36,119 nt of DNA. It comes from a virus (Duplodnaviria > Caudoviricetes). This document shows positions 27,701 through 34,433 of this stretch, piece by piece. The stretch spans positions 1 to 36,119 of the IMG/VR virus record IMGVR_UViG_3300018414_000181; one strand, written 5' to 3'. The notes beneath the pieces were generated by a model. The model saw only the letters and a list, made by a program, of their open reading frames with translations, was not told the origin of the DNA and ran no database searches. Each line of letters starts with the position of its first letter. The stretch's first letter is position 1. The position numbers and the translations under genes are program-made.

Positions 27701-28211
27701 GGTCCGCCCCCCGAGTGGTCTGGTTGACGTAACTGGCGCGGTTAAACATGCCCAGCAGCCCCTGTATGCCGCGAAACACCTGCAGGCGGATTTCGGCCAA
27801 CTCGGCATCACTCACCACGCCATCGCCGATGCTTTTGGCCCAGGTGTCGGCCAGGTCGGCAACCTGACGGAAATACACAGCGATGCCCGTGGTCAGCGTC
27901 TCCGGCATGTCGTTGGTGTAAGCCTCGGCCAACTCCTGCCAGATCGTGTCCCCTACCAGGGCATGCACCGCATCGAGAATGCGCCGGTCCTTGGTCAGCT
28001 CCAGAATCTCGCCGAATTCTTGAATGTTGATGCTGTGGCTGGGATGGGTGGGAGACAGCTTGTGCTGCAGTGTGGTCGGGTTGCGGCCGGTGGTGGCGGC
28101 GATGGCAGCAGCGCCGCCGGGATAGTCCCGGGCAGCATGGTAAAGCGCGAGATCGAGCGGCAAGACTTCCCGCTTGGCCCGCTCAACAGAGTTCAGAGCA
28201 ATACGGCTCAT
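27693..28211 (-). CDS. Phage regulatory protein CII family
   Basis: YPGGAAAIA..GRNPTTLQHKLSP...H; AGGA RBS; downstream of cro. Confidence 0.8.
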   Translation of the reverse strand: MSRIALNSVERAKREVLPLDLALYHAARDYPGGAAAIAATTGRNPTTLQHKLSPTHPSHSINIQEFGEILELTKDRRILDAVHALVGDTIWQELAEAYTNDMPETLTTGIAVYFRQVADLADTWAKSIGDGVVSDAELAEIRLQVFRGIQGLLGMFNRASYVNQTTRGADHG

Positions 28212-28236
28212 GGCATTAATCCTAAAAGTTGCCAGT

Positions 28237-28536
28237 GCCGCGCGGTATGCAGTGGTGATACATTTGCCGCGTGGCTTGTAAGGGCCCAAACGCCGGCTAG
28301 GTCCGCAAGATCGACACCGGCACCGTGCCGAGGCGAACAATCCGTTGTTCACCTCTGGCGCAACAGCTGCCCAATCTGTGGTGGAGAAGGCAGCAACCCA
28401 AGGCTTCCGAGCCTTGAAAGCGCGGTTGAAGTAGACGTTTTTGCATGTGGTGTGCGCGCCTACCTAAACCGCGACCCGGCGACACTGTGGTGGTGTGTGC
28501 CGGGAGGAACTGGGCGGCCCTTGGGTCGCCTTTTTT
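28237..28536. ncRNA. Structured RNA element (hairpin array) in the cro-cII spacer; cis-leader and/or antisense sRNA
   Basis: Eight near-contiguous hairpins; four CACCAC loops and three GGA loops on the minus strand; terminator on the plus strand. Confidence 0.6.
28513..28536 (+). terminator. Intrinsic terminator antisense to the cro-cII transcript
   Basis: GGCGGCC-CTTG-GGTCGCC-TTTTTT; G-U pair and U-tract both indicate the plus strand. Confidence 0.7.
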
Positions 28537-28537
28537 C

Positions 28538-28729
28538 TTAGGCTGCTAACGCAGCATCTTGTTTCGTAGAGCTAACCTTTAGCTCCCCCCCAGATAGGGT
28601 CTGCAATTGGTACTGCCTCAATTGAGGTACACGCACACCCCATTGGGATACCGCCGCAGGGGAAATACCCAATGCAGCAGCCAGCTTCGATTTGCTCTTG
28701 AAAAATGTGACTGCATCTTCGGTGAGCAT
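28538..28729 (-). CDS. cro: Cro-like repressor
   Basis: 63 aa HTH: SKLAAALGISPAAVSQWG..VP.LRQYQL...SGGELK; divergent from cI. Confidence 0.92.
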   Translation of the reverse strand: MLTEDAVTFFKSKSKLAAALGISPAAVSQWGVRVPQLRQYQLQTLSGGELKVSSTKQDAALAA

Positions 28730-28760
28730 CAGGGCACTCCTTCAGTTACACAGCCAAAAT

Positions 28761-28830
28761 TTAAGAACATTTAAATTATTTTTGCAACAGCTAAACAAAA
28801 CTTAATTCCAAAGGATTTAAGCTAGCTTAA
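28761..28830. promoter_or_regulatory. OR-like operators TTAAG-N4-CTTAA between cro and cI
   Basis: TTAAGAACATTTAA (28761), degenerate site ending CTTAA (28792-28805), perfect palindrome TTAAGCTAGCTTAA (28817-28830). Confidence 0.7.
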
Positions 28831-29483
28831 TGAATATGTCCGAACGAATTGCCTACGCCCTGAGCACATCTGGCAAGCAACCAAGAGACCTCGCTAGAGA
28901 GATCGGGATTAGTGTTGCTCGCATAAGTCAATTGAAGGCTGGGTCCGGAGGCATAAAGGCAGAAAATCTATTCGCCTTTGCTCGCGCGACAAACTGCTCG
29001 GCACGATGGCTAGCAGAAGGTGCTGGAAAGCCAGAAGATGGGGATAGTACGCCAGCCCAAGACTTCACCATCATTCCCCCATACAGCACTAGAACGTCTG
29101 GCAACGGACAATTGAACGACAACGCAGGAGCCCCTTGCGGACTGGTATTCAAGCGTGAGTGGCTCAACCAGATGAATCTTGAAGAACGCAATCTCAAGGT
29201 TATATATAACCAAGGTGGCAGCATGGTGCCGACCTTGGCAGATGGCGATATGCTACTCCTTGATGAAAGCCAGACTGAGCCCTCGAATCGGCGGATCTTT
29301 GCCATTAGCCGTCCAGACGGTGAACTCACTATCAAACGACTTGTGCTCACAATGACCAACGGATGGATCATTCGTAGTGACAATGAAGACAAGCGTCAGT
29401 ATCCCGACGAGATCGCCTCAGAACAAGAAATACGCCACCTTCATATAGCAGGCAGAATCGTCTGGCATGGCGGAGCGCTTTAA
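28830..29483 (+). CDS. cI: CI-type repressor (HTH + S24 peptidase; PrtR-like)
   Basis: N-terminal HTH; G.SM.PTL.DGD catalytic Ser and IKRL catalytic Lys; IAGRIVWHGG C-terminus. Confidence 0.93.
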   Translation: MNMSERIAYALSTSGKQPRDLAREIGISVARISQLKAGSGGIKAENLFAFARATNCSARWLAEGAGKPEDGDSTPAQDFTIIPPYSTRTSGNGQLNDNAGAPCGLVFKREWLNQMNLEERNLKVIYNQGGSMVPTLADGDMLLLDESQTEPSNRRIFAISRPDGELTIKRLVLTMTNGWIIRSDNEDKRQYPDEIASEQEIRHLHIAGRIVWHGGAL

Positions 29484-29506
29484 AAAATCAAGATCAGGGA
29501 GCCCTT

Positions 29507-29899
29507 ATGACAACGAATGTCATCCGCAGCAAAAACGCCCCACAGAGAGCAGGGCTAACCCACGAAGAGATCTGGGACGGGCCAGACCAAGGACTAATTA
29601 TGTCGTGGGAGGTCGGACGCGCTCGTGCCATGACATATCCAGAGCTTGCCCAGCAGTGCCTGTCCGGCCAGCTTCCCATCTTGGGCTGGAAAGGGGGAGT
29701 ATCCCGGGCACTAAAAAAACGCGAAAAATTCGGTTCACTTAAGTACCTAGCGCAATGGCAGGGACTAAGGGGCGAAGATCTCAACATTGATTGCTCGAAG
29801 GAGCACACGCTTACCTGCACAAACACTGGGATGGCCGTTACGTTCACATCAGATAAGGCGAAATACGTCAATCAAAGCACGGAAAACGATAGCGATTAA
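29507..29899 (+). CDS. Hypothetical protein downstream of cI
   Basis: 130-aa ORF with AGGGAG RBS, 23 bp after the cI stop. Confidence 0.8.
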   Translation: MTTNVIRSKNAPQRAGLTHEEIWDGPDQGLIMSWEVGRARAMTYPELAQQCLSGQLPILGWKGGVSRALKKREKFGSLKYLAQWQGLRGEDLNIDCSKEHTLTCTNTGMAVTFTSDKAKYVNQSTENDSD

Positions 29900-29912
29900 G
29901 GAGAGACGCGAA

Positions 29913-30545
29913 ATGGTTGATTTGCATCAGGAATTTCAAAATAGCCGTTTTTTTCATGAGGCTCGCATAGACAGGCGATCTGTAGACGCACTGATCGGTA
30001 TTGCAGCAGGCATAACGGCCGATGGAAACATCAACGAAAAAGAAGCAATTTTTCTGAAAAACTGGATCAAAAGTAACCTAATTCATCTTGATGATCCTGT
30101 TGTAAACATCCTCTACCGGCGCCTGGACGATATGCTACGCGACGGGATCCTTGATTCTGATGAAGCAGCAGAACTACTGAGCCTCCTTAAGCAGTTCACA
30201 GGGATTCAGGAGGGGCCCGCAAAACTCTTCTCAGCTCCAACATCCCTACCCCTGAACAACCCTCCCCCCACCCTCTCCTGGGAAGACCAAGTATTTATGC
30301 TTACCGGGACAATGGCATATGGCCCTCGAAAACATTGCGAAGCCTTGATCACAGAGCGAGGTGGCCGTATTGGAGGCTCCGTTAGCAAGAAGGTTAATTT
30401 TCTGATTATCGGCAGCATTGGCAATGAACAATGGATGCACACAAGCTACGGGCTAAAAATCAAAAAAGCCGTTGAGCTCCGCGAAGCAGGTACGCCGATT
30501 TCGATCATCAGTGAGGAGCACTGGCAAAGAGCCATATTCGGATGA
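29913..30545 (+). CDS. TerB-like N-terminal domain + BRCT domain protein
   Basis: GITADGNINEKEAIFL and DGILDSDE (TerB-like acidic repeats); FMLTG...ITERGG....VSKKVNFLIIG...KIKKA..L....I.IISEEHW (BRCT); AAGGAG RBS. Confidence 0.85.
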   Translation: MVDLHQEFQNSRFFHEARIDRRSVDALIGIAAGITADGNINEKEAIFLKNWIKSNLIHLDDPVVNILYRRLDDMLRDGILDSDEAAELLSLLKQFTGIQEGPAKLFSAPTSLPLNNPPPTLSWEDQVFMLTGTMAYGPRKHCEALITERGGRIGGSVSKKVNFLIIGSIGNEQWMHTSYGLKIKKAVELREAGTPISIISEEHWQRAIFG

Positions 30546-30582
30546 GTGTCGCTCCAGACCACTACCGCAACCCGCCTAACTG

Positions 30583-30642
30583 GTAAGACCTCTTAAAGAA
30601 AAATTAAGAGATATTGACATTAATATTTAAGAGTTCTTTAAT
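30583..30642 (+). promoter_or_regulatory. PL-like sigma70 promoter with three operator sites
   Basis: TTGACA (30614)-N17-TTTAAT (30637); operators GTAAGACCTCTTAA (30583), TTAAGAGATATTGA (30604), TTAAGAGTTCTTTA (30627) match the OR consensus. Confidence 0.8.
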
Positions 30643-30677
30643 TTGCCTCACTCTTCACCACAGAGCGAGGCAATACC

Positions 30678-30857
30678 ATGCACACCACCGCCACACTGCA
30701 TGTCCATCCGGCATGTGCCAGAAACCCAAAACTGATCGAGCAGCTGCAATCCAGTACCGGCTGCCTGGTTGTTCTTCACGACAGAAAACTTAAGCTCGTG
30801 GCAAAAAAACGCGGGCCCTCCCCATTCGATCCGAACGGCGGAGGCGACGCAGCATGA
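30678..30857 (+). CDS. Small hypothetical protein, first gene of the early operon
   Basis: 59 aa (MHTTATLHVHPACARNPKLIEQLQ...GGGDAA), below the ORF-track cutoff; GAGG RBS; ATGA overlap with the next gene. Confidence 0.75.
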   Translation: MHTTATLHVHPACARNPKLIEQLQSSTGCLVVLHDRKLKLVAKKRGPSPFDPNGGGDAA

Positions 30858-31438
30858 GCAAATTCAGAGTAGACAACCGCACGCTGCAGTTGCTCAAGGC
30901 CCAGGTCAACCTGAGCGAAACCTTCCACCACACCCTGCGCGATTCACCACAGCGCACGGCGTTGAAGCTTCGGCTGAAGGTTGATCGCAACCCGGCAGAC
31001 ACCACTTTTGTTGTCGAGGTCGGCAGCGAACGCCACACGCTGACCCTGGCCAACGACAAGAAAGCCCACCTGAAGCTGGCTGACTTCATCGAAGAAATCG
31101 CCAACGGCCCAATCGATCCTAACGCCGAGCTGGCTCCACCACGGCACGCCGAGCGCGTGTTCGGAGCCTTCAGCGCCCAACAGCGCGAGCAGGTGTTTGG
31201 TGTGGTGTGCCTGGGTGGCTTCCTCGATCTGGATCTCGGGTTTGAACTGCCGATTCGTCTGGCCGTGCACCGCACCCGAACGCGCAAGGGCGTCACCGTT
31301 ATCCTGAGCATCGGCATCAAAAGCCCACGGACCAAATGCTTCACCGTCTCGGGCAGCGACGTGCAGATGTACCAGGATGTCTGCGAATCCATCCTTCACT
31401 TGGCAGCGCTGGCGACTCCCGCCGCGCACGCTGCTTAG
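30854..31438 (+). CDS. Hypothetical phage protein
   Basis: 194-aa ORF, GGAGG RBS, translationally coupled. Confidence 0.8.
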   Translation: MSKFRVDNRTLQLLKAQVNLSETFHHTLRDSPQRTALKLRLKVDRNPADTTFVVEVGSERHTLTLANDKKAHLKLADFIEEIANGPIDPNAELAPPRHAERVFGAFSAQQREQVFGVVCLGGFLDLDLGFELPIRLAVHRTRTRKGVTVILSIGIKSPRTKCFTVSGSDVQMYQDVCESILHLAALATPAAHAA

Positions 31439-31447
31439 GAGGCGGTC

Positions 31448-31732
31448 ATGGATCGCAACCTCAAGGAAACGGCCCGGTACTTCGGCATCACACGACCGCA
31501 TCTGATCAGCCTGATGCAAGAGAAAGGCTTGCTCGACGCTGAGCGACTGCCAGCCTATCCAACGCGCGACCGTGAGTACCTGGGAACCAAGGAAGGCAAA
31601 TGGTTCCACCCGGAGCTGGGCCTGCAGTACAGCCAGTCAACGCGGGTTCGACAGGCCGGCATTCCCTGGCTCGCCGAGCAACTGGGCCTCGCCCTGCCCG
31701 CTATCCCGGCAGATCGCCGTGACGTGGCCTAG
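31448..31732 (+). CDS. Antirepressor KilAC (ANT) domain protein
   Basis: LKETARYFGITR..L...M.EKG.L....LP.......YL..KE...STRV.Q.GI.WL. Confidence 0.75.
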   Translation: MDRNLKETARYFGITRPHLISLMQEKGLLDAERLPAYPTRDREYLGTKEGKWFHPELGLQYSQSTRVRQAGIPWLAEQLGLALPAIPADRRDVA

Positions 31733-31898
31733 GGAGTACGCCCGCCAGATCATCGCCTTACGGACCAAAGAGGAGCGCAACGCTGCGCTCCTTGAGGTAC
31801 CCGAGCATCTGCGCGAGCTGACCAAAGCCCACTGCCTGATTACCTGGAACCACCCGAAACGCCGCCAGCGCATGGAGAGCCAGCAAGCCAATGAGTAA
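31719..31898 (+). CDS. Small hypothetical phage protein
   Basis: WPREYARQIIALRTKEERNAALLEVPEHLRELTK; overlaps both neighbours. Confidence 0.65.
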   Translation: MTWPREYARQIIALRTKEERNAALLEVPEHLRELTKAHCLITWNHPKRRQRMESQQANE

Positions 31899-32217
31899 CG
31901 CCAACCAGACCCCGCTGCGCCTGATGCCAGCACCGGAAACCGCCACCGTCGAGCTGCTGTATCGCACCTTCGGCGATGTACTGATCCCGCTGGAAAAGAT
32001 CCGTGTGCAGTACTTCCGCAACCTCAACGAACAGTCGTTCGCCGCCGAGATCAGCAGCGGTCGCATTCAACTGCCCGTCACCACCCTGGACAGCAGCCGC
32101 AAGGCGCCGAAGTACGCACACATCCGCCACATTGCCGCACTGATCGACATCCGCGCCTACCGGGCGGATGAAGAACACGCCAAGCAACAGCACGACGCCA
32201 ACGAGCACGACCAATAA
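31891..32217 (+). CDS. Pyocin activator PrtN family protein
   Basis: TVELLYRTFGDVLIPLE....YF..L....F......G.I.LP.....S.KAP...HI..IA..ID. Confidence 0.8.
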   Translation: MSNANQTPLRLMPAPETATVELLYRTFGDVLIPLEKIRVQYFRNLNEQSFAAEISSGRIQLPVTTLDSSRKAPKYAHIRHIAALIDIRAYRADEEHAKQQHDANEHDQ

Positions 32218-32261
32218 CCCAACGGCTGCCACCACCAGCCAAACCCACCGGAGCACACCAC

Positions 32262-32681
32262 ATGACCCACATACAGATCATTGCCCTGATCGGCCTGATA
32301 CTCACCGTCGCCCTGCTCTACTGGGCCGGCTACCTGATTGGCCGAAGCAATGGCCGAGCAACCGGGATCGAGGAAGGCAAAGCCGTTGCCGAAGCGGACA
32401 ACGCAAGAGCCATGCGCGAGCTGACAACCGCCCTCAAGTTCGTGCGAGCCGATAACCAAAGGCTGGCTCAACTGCACAAGCACCTGCAGGACAGCCAAGC
32501 CCTCAAGCCAGCACACCGGCAGAACTTGCTGGCAATCGCGGATCTGCTGCGCATTGCCGCCGAGACATTCAGCGCCTTCAAAACCGGAAAAAAACTCGAA
32601 AGAGACTCGCGCTCGCTGCGCGATCAAGCCCTGGCAATGGCCGCCCTAGTGGAGCCAGCAGCAAAGGAGGAAGCGGCATGA
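32262..32681 (+). CDS. Hypothetical membrane-anchored coiled-coil protein
   Basis: N-terminal TM helix, GGAG RBS. Confidence 0.75.
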   Translation: MTHIQIIALIGLILTVALLYWAGYLIGRSNGRATGIEEGKAVAEADNARAMRELTTALKFVRADNQRLAQLHKHLQDSQALKPAHRQNLLAIADLLRIAAETFSAFKTGKKLERDSRSLRDQALAMAALVEPAAKEEAA

Positions 32682-33019
32682 GCCAGCAGATCGATGGACC
32701 AGCCCGCTATCAGAAACCGGAGGAAAGCGGCATGCCGCACGCTCAGCCCACCGCCCGAGCCATGACCGCTTTGCTCCGCAACGCCGCCAGCGTCGACGCT
32801 CAGAAAACAAAGAGCCTCTGCTGCGTAGCAGCAGGCATTACTGCTCTTGCCCGCAGCACCACCGAGGTACGTATACCCCACGCAAAGCTGCGCGGGGCAG
32901 CCACCACTGGAGCAACGCTGATCGCTCAGAGTGGCCCGCTCGCGCAGCTTGCTCAGGGGTATAAGCCTCCCTCAACGATCAAGGGTTATCAGTCAGAGCA
33001 ACAGGCTCAGGAGGCATAA
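32678..33019 (+). CDS. Hypothetical protein
   Basis: 113-aa ORF with AGGAGG RBS and ATGA overlap. Confidence 0.55.
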   Translation: MSQQIDGPARYQKPEESGMPHAQPTARAMTALLRNAASVDAQKTKSLCCVAAGITALARSTTEVRIPHAKLRGAATTGATLIAQSGPLAQLAQGYKPPSTIKGYQSEQQAQEA

Positions 33020-33021
33020 CA

Positions 33022-33258
33022 ATGGAACTACAAAGCGAAACCCTGGCCGACGAAGAGCTCGCAACCATCACGGGTTATCAGCTCCCGTCCAAACAAATCC
33101 AATGGCTGACCAACAACCATTGGGAGTTTGTTCTGACCGGTGCCCGACGTCCCATCGTTGGCCGGGTTTACGCCAGGATGAAGTTAGCCGGCGTTAAACC
33201 CTCTGCAGCTAGTGCCGTGACTGAAGTCTGGTCACTCAACCTTGCGAATGTGAGCTGA
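33022..33258 (+). CDS. DUF4224 family putative excisionase
   Basis: L..EELATITGY.....QI.WL.......F.....RPIVGR; immediately upstream of the integrase. Confidence 0.85.
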   Translation: MELQSETLADEELATITGYQLPSKQIQWLTNNHWEFVLTGARRPIVGRVYARMKLAGVKPSAASAVTEVWSLNLANVS

Positions 33259-33261
33259 TTG

Positions 33262-34326
33262 ATGCGCCAGAAAAGCATAGCCAATCGCGACCTTCCGCCG
33301 CGAATGATAAGGCGCACCCGCAAGCGCAAAAATGGTGCCATATGGACCTCGTACTATTACAACGGCAGGGACGCCGACGGAAACCGAAAAGAAATACCGC
33401 TAGGCGGCGATCTCGACGAGGCGAAGATCGAGTGGGCTCGGCTGGAACGCCGCGAACCACCAAAGCCCAACCATCTGTTGGGCGCACTTTTCGACGAGTA
33501 CGAAAAAAAGATCATCCCGACCAAATCAATACGGACTCAATCCGATAACCGCAAGGAACTGAAACAGCTCCGGAAAGCATTTGAAAACGCGCCTCTCGAG
33601 TCAATTACTCCCCAGGTAGTGGCGCAGTATCGGGATGCTAGAACCGCTAAGGTCAGAGCTAATCGAGAAATTGCGCTGTTGTCACACATCTTCACGATCG
33701 CGCGCGAGTGGGGCATGACTAAGAATGCCAACCCTTGCTTCGGTGTACGCCGGAATAAGGAGAAACCGCGAGACTACTACGCTGGTGAAGTCGTTTGGAA
33801 TGCGGTGTATGCAGAGGCCGTGCAGGAACTGAAGGATGCTATGGACCTGGCCTACCTAACTGGCCAGCGCCCCGCCGACGTACTTAAGGTGGCGACTACC
33901 GATCTGAACGACGGCTTTGTGAGTATCCGCCAGGGTAAGGGCGGCAAACTTCTGCGCATCCGGCTGGATGAAGCCGGCGAACAATCGGCACTTAGTATGC
34001 TCCTGGACGATCTACTGGAACGAAGATCGCTCAGTGGTATTAAGACCTCAACACTGATCACAAATACGTCTGGCCTTCGGATGAGCCAACAGATGCTACG
34101 CAACCGCTGGGATGAGGCTAGGGAGAAAGCAGCTATCAAGGCCGGTGCCGACGGCAACCAAGCCCTGGCCGTGCAGATCCGACAATTTCAATTTAAAGAT
34201 ATCCGGCCCAAAGCCGCAAGCGAGATCGAGCTAAGCCATGCGAGTCGCTTGCTCGGGCACTCAACCGAAGAAATCACCAAAAAAGTTTACCGACGCATTG
34301 GTGAAATTGTCCGCCCAACAAAATGA
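33262..34326 (+). CDS. int: Tyrosine recombinase (integrase)
   Basis: AYLTGQRPAD (R), QGKGG (K), FKDIR (HxxR variant), LLGHS (H), TKKVY (Y). Confidence 0.93.
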   Translation: MRQKSIANRDLPPRMIRRTRKRKNGAIWTSYYYNGRDADGNRKEIPLGGDLDEAKIEWARLERREPPKPNHLLGALFDEYEKKIIPTKSIRTQSDNRKELKQLRKAFENAPLESITPQVVAQYRDARTAKVRANREIALLSHIFTIAREWGMTKNANPCFGVRRNKEKPRDYYAGEVVWNAVYAEAVQELKDAMDLAYLTGQRPADVLKVATTDLNDGFVSIRQGKGGKLLRIRLDEAGEQSALSMLLDDLLERRSLSGIKTSTLITNTSGLRMSQQMLRNRWDEAREKAAIKAGADGNQALAVQIRQFQFKDIRPKAASEIELSHASRLLGHSTEEITKKVYRRIGEIVRPTK

Positions 34327-34433
34327 AAACCTGACCGCGATTGATTCCTAGACTCCACTATAGAATTTGTATCTAGCCCATGACTAAATCATAATTAGAG
34401 ATCTCTACTCATTATTTTGACAAGGAAGCCCTC

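Noticed and set aside
27693-28352. Extended 219-aa version of the CII-like ORF, and short ORFs 28297-28485 and 27675-28541 across the hairpin array
   Set aside because: The RBS supports ATG 28211; the extension and the other ORFs look non-coding and overlap the structured region
34192-34206. Integrase HxxR motif reads KDIR
   Set aside because: This His position is variable among tyrosine recombinases and the other catalytic residues are present; not evidence of inactivation
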